DNA from: Gammaproteobacteria bacterium
GTDB lineage: Bacteria > Pseudomonadota > Gammaproteobacteria > G965277405
NCBI GenBank assembly: GCA_965277405.1
Contig: OZ255726.1
Span: forward strand, 1,120,001 to 1,184,000
Reading direction: 5' to 3'
DNA: 64,000 nucleotides
Position numbers and translations under genes: made by a program
Shown: positions 29,836-39,992 of the stretch, piece after piece
Numbering within the stretch: the first letter of the stretch is position 1
How the letters are laid out: each line of letters opens with the position of its first letter
Notes under the pieces: model-generated
What the model was told of the DNA's origin: nothing
Databases searched by the model: none
What the model saw: the letters and a program-made list of their open reading frames with translations, nothing else

Positions 29836-30784
29836 AAGAGTTCATCATCAACAAATACAATCACTACTAAACGCTTTACAAAATAATATTGTTGGACAAA
29901 AAAAACTATTAGAAAGATTGATCATTGGATTATTATCTGATGGACATATATTAGTTGAAGGCGCGCCAGGGTTAGCAAAATCGCTAACTGTTGCAACATT
30001 AGCAAAGCTTATAAACTGTGATTTTCAGCGTATTCAATTTACTCCAGATTTACTCCCCAGCGATATTACAGGGAGTGAAATCTACAAGCCGCAAACTCAA
30101 GCATTTAGCTACCAAAAAGGGCCAATATTTAGTAATTTAGTGTTAGCTGATGAAATTAATAGAGCACCAGCAAAGGTTCAATCAGCCCTGCTTGAAGCAA
30201 TGTCTGAACGCCAAGTAACCATCGGCAATACAACGTATACGTTACCAGCTTTATTTCAGGTCATGGCAACTCAAAATCCCATTGAACACGAAGGTACGTT
30301 CCAACTGCCAGAAGCACAGCTTGATAGGTTTATTATGTATGTGGCAATTGATTATCCTTCTATAGATGAAGAGTTAATGATTATGCGACTTAATCAAAAA
30401 AAGGCGGTTGAGATCACACCAGTTATTGACATTACAACTATTTTGCAAGCACGTGAGGAAGTCCGTGAGATGTATATTCACGAAAGATTATTAATGTATA
30501 TTGCAGAAGTTGTCCATGCTACGCGTACCCAAAAAAACAGAACAAGTGGCAATCAAGGCTATATAGAAATAGGTGCAGGACCAAGAGCAAGTATTGCGTT
30601 AGCAACACTGTCACGTTCTCTTGCATATCTAAGAGGTCAAGACGAGGTCACTCCAGATATTATCCAAGAGCTGTGTTATGACGTGCTCGCCCATCGAATC
30701 ATTTTAAATTTTAGCTCAGAAAACACAGTTCAACAAAAATACCAAATAATTGACGAGGTACTGAGTAGCGTGAAAATTGTATAG
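29828..30784 (+). CDS. moxR: MoxR-family AAA+ ATPase
   Basis: GHILVEGAPGLAKS, RIQFTPDLLPSDITG, LADEINRAPAKVQSALLEAM, ATQNPIEHEGTFQLPEAQLDRF; start overlaps the motB end. Confidence 0.95.
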   Translation: MTKRVHHQQIQSLLNALQNNIVGQKKLLERLIIGLLSDGHILVEGAPGLAKSLTVATLAKLINCDFQRIQFTPDLLPSDITGSEIYKPQTQAFSYQKGPIFSNLVLADEINRAPAKVQSALLEAMSERQVTIGNTTYTLPALFQVMATQNPIEHEGTFQLPEAQLDRFIMYVAIDYPSIDEELMIMRLNQKKAVEITPVIDITTILQAREEVREMYIHERLLMYIAEVVHATRTQKNRTSGNQGYIEIGAGPRASIALATLSRSLAYLRGQDEVTPDIIQELCYDVLAHRIILNFSSENTVQQKYQIIDEVLSSVKIV

Positions 30785-31582
30785 ATGTTTCAAGTTTTAG
30801 AAAAGCTGTCAACAGGGTGGTTAATAAATTCCGAATATATCCAAGCAGCGTATGCGTATCAGCGCAAGGTCAGTAAAAGTAGGCTACATCATACTTATGG
30901 TGCCAGCAGATTAACAAAAAAAGGAAAAGGTTCTGATTTTGATCATTTAAGGGAGTTCACTAGCAGTGATGATATTCGACATATTGCATGGAAAGCTTCG
31001 TTACGATCACAAAAAACATATACAAAAGTATTTTCTGATGAGATTGAAGATAAGATAAAAATTTATGTGATGTTGAATGCCGAGTTGTCATTTGCTATAA
31101 AAAAAAGATCTGCAGCATTTGCTTTATATATAGCACTCCACAGCGCTGTAGAAACATGTTATAAAAAAAATATGCAATGTGAAATTTTGCTTATTCATGG
31201 CAACAATGTCATCGAGAGAGCCAAAATACGTATGCAGAAAGAAATTATCAGAACACTTAGTAGCCTTGCTAAGAAAATCAACGCTGCAATGTGTAAGTAT
31301 AAAACTGGTGATTTATTTAAAATGGATGATATAAAGATTACTCCGCATTCAATTGTTCTTACAGGTGCGCGTAATATACAGCATTACGGATTAGATAGCA
31401 GCACCCTACTGGGCAGCACACTACTGGTAGTAGATGAAGAACCATTGCAACGAATAAGAATTATTGCCCAAACAAATTCTGGTGTGAAACAGGTTAATGT
31501 CGGCGCAAATGCCATAGACTGCGCCATCGTTGCAGATGACACTGTCGAAGATATCTATGCAAAAGTGCAAAGCTGTATATGA
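30785..31582 (+). CDS. DUF58 family protein (MoxR-associated), divergent
   Basis: GKGSDFDHLREFTSSDDIRHIAWKAS..TKVFSDE. Confidence 0.75.
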   Translation: MFQVLEKLSTGWLINSEYIQAAYAYQRKVSKSRLHHTYGASRLTKKGKGSDFDHLREFTSSDDIRHIAWKASLRSQKTYTKVFSDEIEDKIKIYVMLNAELSFAIKKRSAAFALYIALHSAVETCYKKNMQCEILLIHGNNVIERAKIRMQKEIIRTLSSLAKKINAAMCKYKTGDLFKMDDIKITPHSIVLTGARNIQHYGLDSSTLLGSTLLVVDEEPLQRIRIIAQTNSGVKQVNVGANAIDCAIVADDTVEDIYAKVQSCI

Positions 31583-31992
31583 AAGATGTTCATCAACCAT
31601 ATAATTTATATCTTTATTTAAATATTACTTGGATTGCTATTGCAATTGTTTTCATGGTATTTCTTATAATAAGTTATATATATTTACAACGATATCTAGC
31701 AAATAGAAAAATACAGCAAACTATACGTAGGTTGCAAGATATAGAGAGCGATGAGGTTTTTGCATTAAACATTGTGCAAGCCATCAAGCATTCAATGGAT
31801 GAACATGGGATACAAAGCAATATGCTCCATGGCGAACGCTTGTATAAAACCTTGCTTAAACATTACAAATACAAGGCAACCATCACATTAAGAGACTTTT
31901 TAATATCAACATACAAAGAACAAAAAATGATTCAGAGACATTTAGTTCTAAAAGAAATTGAGTTACTAATAAAAAGCAATGTTAGCAATTGA
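31579..31992 (+). CDS. Small membrane protein, DUF4381-like position in the MoxR/Bat operon
   Basis: MKDVHQP start, one TM segment, ATGA overlap; located between DUF58 and vWA genes. Confidence 0.55.
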   Translation: MKDVHQPYNLYLYLNITWIAIAIVFMVFLIISYIYLQRYLANRKIQQTIRRLQDIESDEVFALNIVQAIKHSMDEHGIQSNMLHGERLYKTLLKHYKYKATITLRDFLISTYKEQKMIQRHLVLKEIELLIKSNVSN

Positions 31993-32905
31993 TTGGCCGC
32001 TATTTTCTATTGTAGTAATTGGTTGCTATGTATTGTATAAATACCGAAAAACCATCCGCGTTACTAGCATCTGGTATCCATTTGTAATAGATGAGGCAAC
32101 TAAAAAATCTCACTATCGTTCGTCCTTTTTATTTGCAGTGTGCTCTATATTGCTGATTGGCGGAGGTATGCGCCTGCAAAAAATAGATGAAACTGTTAGT
32201 ATTAAGCAGAATTATAGGGACTTAATACTAGCAATAGACGCATCAGATAGCATGCGAGTACGCGATATGGAAATAAATAATCAGCTTTTTAGCAGATACG
32301 ACGCTGTAAAATATTATATGGATAAGTTTATCGATAAACGTCAAGGTGATCGATTAGGGTTTGTGATATTCGGATCAAAGGCATATATTCAAGCACCATT
32401 AACAGCCGATTTATCGGTGATAAAAACATACCTAGAAGAGTCATATATAGGCATTGCTGGGCCAAAGACGGCAATTGGTGATGCACTTGCCTTAGCAGTC
32501 AAACAAAAAGACAAAGATGACACGAATCAAGCAATTATTTTAATAACAGACGGCTCAAATACATCAGGAACAATTGATCCATATCAAGCCGTAGCAATTG
32601 CAAAAAAAAAGAAGATTAAAATATATACCATAGCTATTGGCAATAGACGATTTTCACGAGACATAGATTTTAGGTTTCTGCAAACCGCTGCAGCATCAAC
32701 CAACGGCAAGCATTTCTATGCCAGTAACGCAAATGAATTGGCATCTATTTATGCGCAACTAGATCGACTAGAACAAAATATCGAACAGTCTTCAACGTTT
32801 AGCAAGTATTTTGAGTTGTACTATTGGTTTGTATTAGCCTTCATTATTGTGTTTATAGTGGGTTATATGTTTACTCCGTCAAGGCGTGTCAGGAAACATA
32901 TATAA
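31979..32905 (+). CDS. vWA-domain membrane protein (BatA-like)
   Basis: MIDAS DASDS, GDRLGFVIFG..AYIQAPLT, TAIGDAL, ILITDGSN, IYTIAIG; N- and C-terminal TM segments. Confidence 0.88.
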   Translation: MLAIDWPLFSIVVIGCYVLYKYRKTIRVTSIWYPFVIDEATKKSHYRSSFLFAVCSILLIGGGMRLQKIDETVSIKQNYRDLILAIDASDSMRVRDMEINNQLFSRYDAVKYYMDKFIDKRQGDRLGFVIFGSKAYIQAPLTADLSVIKTYLEESYIGIAGPKTAIGDALALAVKQKDKDDTNQAIILITDGSNTSGTIDPYQAVAIAKKKKIKIYTIAIGNRRFSRDIDFRFLQTAAASTNGKHFYASNANELASIYAQLDRLEQNIEQSSTFSKYFELYYWFVLAFIIVFIVGYMFTPSRRVRKHI

Positions 32906-32936
32906 AACAACTTTAGGCAATTTAATGCGAATCATA

Positions 32937-33371
32937 ATGGATAATAATCAATTAAAAATTGCTGGATTTAGTTTGATTGAATTGCTGATTGTAATGGTGA
33001 TTGTTGCTGTACTCAGTGTTGTCGCCTTGCCAGTATACCAAACGTATGTAGGGCGAGCAAAGTTTACAGAGGTTATTCAAGCTACCGCACCATATAAAAT
33101 TGCCGCAGAAATTGCATGGCAAAATACTGCAACGAGTCTAACTGATCTTGATGCTGGATCCCATGGAATTCCAGATGCAACAGGAAGTAATGACCGCGAA
33201 ATAAAATCTATCACTATGGTCGCTGGAGTTATTACCGCAACAGCAAATACTGTCGTAGATGAAAACAACGCAGGAGTAACTTACGTACTTCAGGCCCACG
33301 ATTTTTCAGGTGGAATCATATGGAAGGTTGATGCTGCCAACAGTAGCTGTAAAAATCTTGGCTATTGTTGA
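32937..33371 (+). CDS. Type IVa pilin
   Basis: Prepilin cleavage site G|FSLIELLIVMVIVAVLSVVALPVYQ; C-terminal Cys pair. Confidence 0.9.
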   Translation: MDNNQLKIAGFSLIELLIVMVIVAVLSVVALPVYQTYVGRAKFTEVIQATAPYKIAAEIAWQNTATSLTDLDAGSHGIPDATGSNDREIKSITMVAGVITATANTVVDENNAGVTYVLQAHDFSGGIIWKVDAANSSCKNLGYC

Positions 33372-33530
33372 AAATGATGTTGTAAAGTTTTGTGTTTATA
33401 GCTGAAGAAGGCGTAGACTAATAAAACTATTGCAAAAACAGCTTCCTATCTCGACAGCTTGTAGTTAGCTCCTTGAAATTTATGTAATAGCATAAACATA
33501 CAAAACACTTCTATTTACAAAATCAAAGAA

Positions 33531-35468
33531 ATGGCAAAAAATGTACTGATATGGATCGGGATTGTTCTTGGACTTGTATTTATATTAAGTCAAGAGATGA
33601 GCTTTGAGCCGGAACAAGAAAATATTTCATATTCAGATTTCCTCACAAGTGTGCGCAATGGAAAATTATCTCAAGTCACCATAGATGGCTATACTATCTC
33701 AGGGCAATATCAAAATGGACAGGGCTTTGAAACAGTTCGACCAGCTGCGCAAGACCCTAAACTAATTGATGATTTGTACAATAATAAAGTTGAAATCGTA
33801 GGTAAGTTACCTGAGCAACCGTCGTTATGGCGACAATTGCTGGTCGCAAGTTTCCCAATAATATTGATGGTAACAATATTTATGTTAGTAATGCGCCAAA
33901 TGCAAGGAGGCATGGGCGGGGGGCGATCTGGTGGACCAATGTCGTTTGGGCGCAGTAAAGCGAAATTACTCAGGTCCGATGAAGTCAAAGTAACATTTGC
34001 AGATGTTGCAGGAGTCGATGAGGCAAAAGAAGAAGTCAGTGAATTGGTTGAGTTTCTAAAAGAACCTGCAAAATTTAAAAATTTAGGTGGCAAAATACCG
34101 AAAGGGGTGTTGATGTCTGGTTTACCAGGAACAGGTAAAACCTTATTAGCGAAAGCCATCGCTGGAGAGGCAGATGTGCCATTCTTTAGCATCTCTGGAT
34201 CGGATTTCGTAGAAATGTTTGTAGGTGTTGGCGCCTCAAGGGTGCGCGACATGTTTACCCAAGCTCGAAAACAATCACCATGCATTATTTTTATTGATGA
34301 GATTGATGCAGTCGGTCGTCATCGAGGTGCAGGTATGGGCGGTGGTCACGATGAACGTGAGCAAACATTGAATCAATTGCTTGTAGAAATGGACGGCTTT
34401 GATGGACACGAAGGCGTGATTGTCATTGCCGCCACAAATAGGCCTGATGTACTTGACCCAGCACTTCTTCGACCAGGTAGATTCGACAGGCAGGTCGTAG
34501 TTGGGTTGCCAGACATCCGTGGGAGAACAGAAATTCTGCAGGTTCATACACGTAAAGTACCGATAGATAAAAATGTTAATGTTGAAGTAATCGCGCGTGC
34601 AACACCTGGTTTTTCTGGCGCTGATTTAGCAAATCTCGTGAATGAAGCTGCATTATTTTCTGCGAAAAAAGGTAGGAGAAAAGTCAGCATGGCTGAGTTT
34701 GAACAAGCTAAAGATAAAATTTTAATGGGTGCCGAACGCCGCTCGATGGTGATGAGTGACGAAGAAAAACGCAATACTGCATACCATGAGTCAGGTCATG
34801 CAATCGTTGGGAGACTGGTTCCAGAACATGATCCTGTGTATAAAGTGACTATTATTCCACGTGGTAGGGCACTTGGGGTAACAATGTTCTTGCCAGAAAA
34901 AGATAAATACAGCCATAGTAAACGTGCAATTGAGAGTCAGATTGCTAGCTTATTTGGTGGGCGAGTAGCGGAAGAATTGACGTTAGGAAGTGATGGTATA
35001 ACTACAGGTGCATCGAACGATATTGAACGCGCCACCAGTCTGGCAAGGAATATGGTTACAAAATGGGGGTTATCTGAGGCAATTGGACCGTTACATTTTG
35101 GTGAAGAGAATGAAAATCCATTTTTGGGCTATTCAGCAGCAAAACAACAAAGCCCAATTGCTAGTGATACAGCAAATAAAATTGATGCCGAAGTAAAGCG
35201 CATCATTCAACAATCACACGTTCGGGCTAAAAAAATTCTGGTTGACAATCGTGATATTTTAGAACTTATGTCGGATGCGCTGATGGAGTATGAAACGCTT
35301 GAGTCGAAGCAGATTGACGATATTATGAAGAGGATTAAACCCAAGCCCATAGATGAATATAAAGATGATGATAGCGGTAGCGCATCTTCAACAGTTAATA
35401 AGCAGAAAAAACCTAAAGCAATGAAAACTGATGACTATAAAGGCACAGGGGACCCATCAGTTGCTTAG
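33531..35468 (+). CDS. ftsH: ATP-dependent zinc metalloprotease FtsH
   Basis: Two TMs, [40 protein letters not shown]. Confidence 0.98.
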   Translation: MAKNVLIWIGIVLGLVFILSQEMSFEPEQENISYSDFLTSVRNGKLSQVTIDGYTISGQYQNGQGFETVRPAAQDPKLIDDLYNNKVEIVGKLPEQPSLWRQLLVASFPIILMVTIFMLVMRQMQGGMGGGRSGGPMSFGRSKAKLLRSDEVKVTFADVAGVDEAKEEVSELVEFLKEPAKFKNLGGKIPKGVLMSGLPGTGKTLLAKAIAGEADVPFFSISGSDFVEMFVGVGASRVRDMFTQARKQSPCIIFIDEIDAVGRHRGAGMGGGHDEREQTLNQLLVEMDGFDGHEGVIVIAATNRPDVLDPALLRPGRFDRQVVVGLPDIRGRTEILQVHTRKVPIDKNVNVEVIARATPGFSGADLANLVNEAALFSAKKGRRKVSMAEFEQAKDKILMGAERRSMVMSDEEKRNTAYHESGHAIVGRLVPEHDPVYKVTIIPRGRALGVTMFLPEKDKYSHSKRAIESQIASLFGGRVAEELTLGSDGITTGASNDIERATSLARNMVTKWGLSEAIGPLHFGEENENPFLGYSAAKQQSPIASDTANKIDAEVKRIIQQSHVRAKKILVDNRDILELMSDALMEYETLESKQIDDIMKRIKPKPIDEYKDDDSGSASSTVNKQKKPKAMKTDDYKGTGDPSVA

Positions 35469-35692
35469 TATAAAATCAGTTGATTATTTTTGATTATATT
35501 TATCAAAGGTTCCTTCATAGTTGAAAATTACAGTAAAAAGCCACAGATATTTTGAAAATTAGCAATTTTTATTTAGATTTATATGTAAAATTCATCCTTT
35601 TTAAACCTATTATTCAGTAACAACTATGATATACACCAATTATGGTGCATACAGAGATAACTGGGTTACATGGTTTTTGTGTCTTACAATAT

Positions 35693-35769
35693 AGGCGCGT
35701 AGCTCAGTTGGTTAGAGCACTACCTTGACATGGTAGGGGTCGTTGGTTCGATTCCAATCGCGCCTACCA
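35693..35769 (+). tRNA. tRNA-Val (anticodon GAC)
   Basis: AGGCGCGTAGCTCAGTTGGTTAGAGC, CTACC-TTGACAT-GGTAG, GGTTCGATTCC, ends ACCA. Confidence 0.97.
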
Positions 35770-35817
35770 TTGTATAAAAAAATTATAAGCAATTAGTGAC
35801 GTTCAACTCTGCGGTAT

Positions 35818-37710
35818 ATGCCAAAAATTACACTTCCTGATAATACAGTTCTTGATTATCCACACCCGGTTACATTAGGTGAAGTGGCAATTAAAATAGG
35901 AGCAGGCTTGGCAAAGGCTGCAGTAGCTGGCAGCGTCAATGGTAAGCAGCAAGACTTGGATGATGTCATCACACAAGATAGTTCGGTGCTACTGTATACT
36001 GCCAAGAACCCAGAAGGAGTTGCAGTAATTAGACACTCTTGCGCACATTTATTTGGTCACGCAATTAAACAGCTGTTCCCCAATGTACAAATGGCAATTG
36101 GCCCCGTAATTGAAAATGGTTTTTACTACGATATTAAGTATGAGCGGAGCATTACTTTAGCTGAAATGGCAGAAGTTGAGCAACGCATGATGGTACTTGC
36201 GAAACAAGCATATGTTGTCAACAAAGTTATGACCAAGCGCTGCGAAGCTATTGAAATATTCACAACACGGCATGAACCCTATAAGCTTGAATTAATCAGA
36301 GACCTCCCCAATGTTACAGAATTTGGCTTATATCACCATCAAGAATACATCGACATGTGTATTGGCCCACATGTTCCGCATATGGGGCATATTAAGGCAT
36401 TTAAACTGACAAGTATTGCTGGAGCATATTGGCGCGGTGATGCCAACAATACGGCAATGCAACGCTTTTATGGCACATGTTGGCCCGATACCAAGCAGCT
36501 ACGCCAATACTTATTTCAACTAGAACAAGCGCAGCTGCGCGATCACCGTAAACTGGGCAAACATCTTGGTTTATTTCACCAACAAGAAGAAGCACCAGGC
36601 ATGGTGTTTTGGCATGCAAAAGGTCAGCTATTATTTTGTTTAATAGAGCAGTATTTGCGGAAAAAATTTAATGATACTGGCTATCAGGAAATCAAAACAC
36701 CGTTATTGATTGATAAATCGTTGTGGGAAAAATCTGGGCATTGGGAGAAGTTTCGTGACGACATGTTTGTTACTGATTCTGAAAAAAGAACATTTTGTGT
36801 AAAACCAATGAATTGTCCAGGTCATATTCAAATCTTTAATCAAGGATTAAAAAGCTATAAAGAGCTGCCAATACGCTTTGCGGAATTTGGTGTTGTCCAC
36901 AGAAACGAAGCCAGCGGGACATTACACGGACTGATGCGGTTACGTAGTTTTACCCAAGATGATTCACACGTGTTTTGCAAGGAAGAGCAGCTGCTTGATG
37001 AAGTAGGGCAGATGATTGATATAATACTCAACGTCTATCAAGACTTCGGTTTTGATGAAGTTGAACTGAAACTATCAACCAGGCCAGCGCAACGTGTTGG
37101 CGCTGATGAAATTTGGGATAAAGCAGAACACGCACTCGCAGCTGCGCTTAATAGCAAAAATCTCACATGGCAAGAGTTGCCAGGAGAAGGCGCATTTTAT
37201 GGTCCAAAGATTGAGTTTTCATTACGAGATTGCTTACATCGAGTATGGCAATGTGGCACAATTCAAGTAGACTTTTCTATGCCAGCAAGACTTGGAGCTG
37301 TATACATTGATAGCGATAATAGCAAGCGCGTACCAGTTATGATTCACCGAGCAGTGCTTGGTTCAATTGAACGTTTTATAGGAATTTTGATTGAGCACTA
37401 TGCAGGCAAGCTGCCAGTTTGGTTGGCACCGGTACAATGTGTTATTTTACCAATTTCCGAACATCAACATCAGTATGCCGAATCAGTACAAACGCAATTG
37501 CGAGTATTAGGCGTGCGTAGCGAGACCGATATGCGCGCTGAGAAAATAAATTATAAAATTCGTAACCACAGTATGAACAAAACGCCATATTTATTTATTG
37601 TTGGTGACGCAGAGCAGCAAAAAAACAGCGTGCGAGTCCGCGAGCAAAATGGCACAGACTTGGGTGAATTGTCACTTGAGTCCGCACAAAAACTATTTCT
37701 TGCAAAATGA
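35818..37710 (+). CDS. thrS: Threonine--tRNA ligase
   Basis: RHSCAHL, RDHRKLG, KPMNCPGH, HRNEASG, AFYGPKI, IHRAVLGSIERF. Confidence 0.98.
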   Translation: MPKITLPDNTVLDYPHPVTLGEVAIKIGAGLAKAAVAGSVNGKQQDLDDVITQDSSVLLYTAKNPEGVAVIRHSCAHLFGHAIKQLFPNVQMAIGPVIENGFYYDIKYERSITLAEMAEVEQRMMVLAKQAYVVNKVMTKRCEAIEIFTTRHEPYKLELIRDLPNVTEFGLYHHQEYIDMCIGPHVPHMGHIKAFKLTSIAGAYWRGDANNTAMQRFYGTCWPDTKQLRQYLFQLEQAQLRDHRKLGKHLGLFHQQEEAPGMVFWHAKGQLLFCLIEQYLRKKFNDTGYQEIKTPLLIDKSLWEKSGHWEKFRDDMFVTDSEKRTFCVKPMNCPGHIQIFNQGLKSYKELPIRFAEFGVVHRNEASGTLHGLMRLRSFTQDDSHVFCKEEQLLDEVGQMIDIILNVYQDFGFDEVELKLSTRPAQRVGADEIWDKAEHALAAALNSKNLTWQELPGEGAFYGPKIEFSLRDCLHRVWQCGTIQVDFSMPARLGAVYIDSDNSKRVPVMIHRAVLGSIERFIGILIEHYAGKLPVWLAPVQCVILPISEHQHQYAESVQTQLRVLGVRSETDMRAEKINYKIRNHSMNKTPYLFIVGDAEQQKNSVRVREQNGTDLGELSLESAQKLFLAK

Positions 37711-37817
37711 CTACTGCGCGAAGTTGCGTATTTCGTGTAATATTATTCAGATACATTCGTCCACAACTACAAACCATGCGATGATTATTATATTGCTTTT
37801 AAAAAAGGAGTAGCACC

Positions 37818-38339
37818 ATAGCCAAACAAAAAAAAAGATTAGTTAACGAAGACATTGAAGCTGTAACCTTACGCGTAATCGATGAGGTTGGTAAACAAGT
37901 AGGTGTTATGGACAGAGAGCAGGCATTGCAGCTTGCTAAAAGTAAATCACTGGACTTGCTGCTGATTGCAGACATGGGGGAACCGCCAGTCGCCAAGATT
38001 ATTGATTACGGCAAATATCTTTTCGACGCAAAAAAGAAAAAAAGCGCTTCACAGAAAAAGCAACATCAGACACAATTGAAAGAAATAAAAATCCGCCCAG
38101 GCACCGAAGAAAGTGACTATCAGGTAAAAATTCGCAACCTGACTCGTTTCCTTAATGATGGTGATAAGACAAAAGTAACATTACGTTTTCGTGGTCGAGA
38201 GATGGCGCATACGGAATTAGGCAGAAAAATGCTCGAACGCATTAAGCTTGATCTCGATGAACATGGAGACGTTGAACAGATGCCTGAGCTTGAAGGAAGA
38301 CAAATGATTATGATTTTGTCGCCAAAACGTAAAAACTAA
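37818..38339 (+). CDS. infC: Translation initiation factor IF-3, non-canonical ATA start
   Basis: AAGGAG then ATA (37818), in frame with VNEDI..LRVIDE..; PPVAKIIDYGKY, KEIKIRP, LRFRGRE. Confidence 0.93.
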   Translation: MAKQKKRLVNEDIEAVTLRVIDEVGKQVGVMDREQALQLAKSKSLDLLLIADMGEPPVAKIIDYGKYLFDAKKKKSASQKKQHQTQLKEIKIRPGTEESDYQVKIRNLTRFLNDGDKTKVTLRFRGREMAHTELGRKMLERIKLDLDEHGDVEQMPELEGRQMIMILSPKRKN

Positions 38340-38362
38340 AATTAACTTAATGCGAGCATTAT

Positions 38363-38557
38363 ATGTCAAAAATTAAATCAAATCGTGGGGCTGCCAAGCG
38401 TTTTAAGGCGCGGGCAAACTACATCAAACGTAAACAGTCGTTCCTACGGCACATTCTTACTAAAAAGTCCACAAAACGTAAACGGGCACTACGACCTAAA
38501 CTAGCTGTGCATAAATCTGATGTGGCATCGATCAAACGAATGCTTCCAAATCTATAA
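38363..38557 (+). CDS. rpmI: 50S ribosomal protein L35
   Basis: [26 protein letters not shown]; conserved synteny. Confidence 0.96.
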   Translation: MSKIKSNRGAAKRFKARANYIKRKQSFLRHILTKKSTKRKRALRPKLAVHKSDVASIKRMLPNL

Positions 38558-38569
38558 TTAGGAACTGAC

Positions 38570-38932
38570 ATGCCAAGAGTAACAAGATCTGTTGTCGCCC
38601 GCGCTAAACATAAAAAAATTTTAAAACAGGCTAAAGGATATTATGGGGCGAGGAGCAGAGTATTTCGCGTTGCCAAACAAGCCGTTATTAAAGCCAAACA
38701 ATATGCATACCGAGATCGGCGCAATAAAAAAAGAGACTTTCGTAGACTGTGGATTGTGCGTATTAACGCAGCAGCGCGTATGTATGATATGACCTATAGC
38801 CAATTTATTCATGGTCTTCATACAGCAGAAATAGCGATCGATCGCAAGATTCTTGCAGATATTGCGGTACACGACCTTGCGGCATTTGCAGAATTGATTG
38901 CAAAAATCAAGCAAGCTGCACCTAATAAGTAA
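38570..38932 (+). CDS. rplT: 50S ribosomal protein L20
   Basis: [36 protein letters not shown]. Confidence 0.97.
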   Translation: MPRVTRSVVARAKHKKILKQAKGYYGARSRVFRVAKQAVIKAKQYAYRDRRNKKRDFRRLWIVRINAAARMYDMTYSQFIHGLHTAEIAIDRKILADIAVHDLAAFAELIAKIKQAAPNK

Positions 38933-38958
38933 CGTTTATCAAGTAGAGATAGCAACGC

Positions 38959-39981
38959 ATGGAGCAAATCCAGGCTATACAACAGCATGCGCAAACATTA
39001 ATTGAAGCAGTAGCTTCTTTGCAGGATGTAGAGCGTGTCCGCACCAAGGTGACTGGTAAGCAGAGCCAACTTACACAGGCATTTAGAGCGCTGAAATCGC
39101 TACCGCCAGCAGAAAAGACCCAAGTTGGTGCCGCCTTAAATGTTGCAAAGAATTATGTGCATGATTTGTTGAAAAACAAAGAAGCAATGCTGCAACAAGA
39201 GTATTACCAACAACAAATGAAACGTGAAGCTATTGACGTTACTTTGCCTGGAATATCCAGAAACTCAGCGGGGGTTCATCCAATCACAGCAACACGTAGA
39301 AAAGCAGAAGCGATATTTCAGTCCATGGGATGTGTGATTGAGACAGGACCAGAAATAGAAGATGAATACCATAATTTTACGGCATTAAACTTGCCTGAAT
39401 TGCACCCGTCGCGTGACTTGATGGACACATTTTATATTGCTGATGATTTAGTATTGCGTACACATACATCACCGGTGCAAGTAAGAACAATGGAGTCTCA
39501 AGCACCGCCGATACAAATGATTTGCCCAGGTCGGGTGTATCGTTGTGATTCTGATGTCACCCATACTCCAATGTTTCATCAAATAGAAGGATTGATCGTT
39601 GATCAAGGGATTGGGTTCGCCCACTTGAAAGGTTGTATGGATACATTTCTACAAGCTTTTTTTGGGTCATCGGTACGTAGCCGCTTTCGATCATCATATT
39701 TTCCATTTACCGAGCCGTCAGCAGAAGTTGATGTGAGTTGTGTGAATTGTGATGGTATAGGTTGTCGCGTTTGTGCGCATACAGGTTGGATAGAAATACT
39801 CGGTTGCGGAATGGTCAATCCAAAAGTATTGCGTATGTCTAATATAGATGCTGATAAATACACGGGTTTTGCGTTTGGAATTGGGATAGAGCGCTTAGCA
39901 ATGCTAGATTTACATGTCGCAGACATTCGTTTGTTGTATGAAAACGAGCGCACATTTTTACAACAATTCATCGCTGAGTAA
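38959..39981 (+). CDS. pheS: Phenylalanine--tRNA ligase alpha subunit
   Basis: LRTHTSPVQ, HTPMFHQIEG, YFPFTEPSAE, GFAFGIGIER. Confidence 0.98.
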   Translation: MEQIQAIQQHAQTLIEAVASLQDVERVRTKVTGKQSQLTQAFRALKSLPPAEKTQVGAALNVAKNYVHDLLKNKEAMLQQEYYQQQMKREAIDVTLPGISRNSAGVHPITATRRKAEAIFQSMGCVIETGPEIEDEYHNFTALNLPELHPSRDLMDTFYIADDLVLRTHTSPVQVRTMESQAPPIQMICPGRVYRCDSDVTHTPMFHQIEGLIVDQGIGFAHLKGCMDTFLQAFFGSSVRSRFRSSYFPFTEPSAEVDVSCVNCDGIGCRVCAHTGWIEILGCGMVNPKVLRMSNIDADKYTGFAFGIGIERLAMLDLHVADIRLLYENERTFLQQFIAE

Positions 39982-39992
39982 AGTAAAACGCA

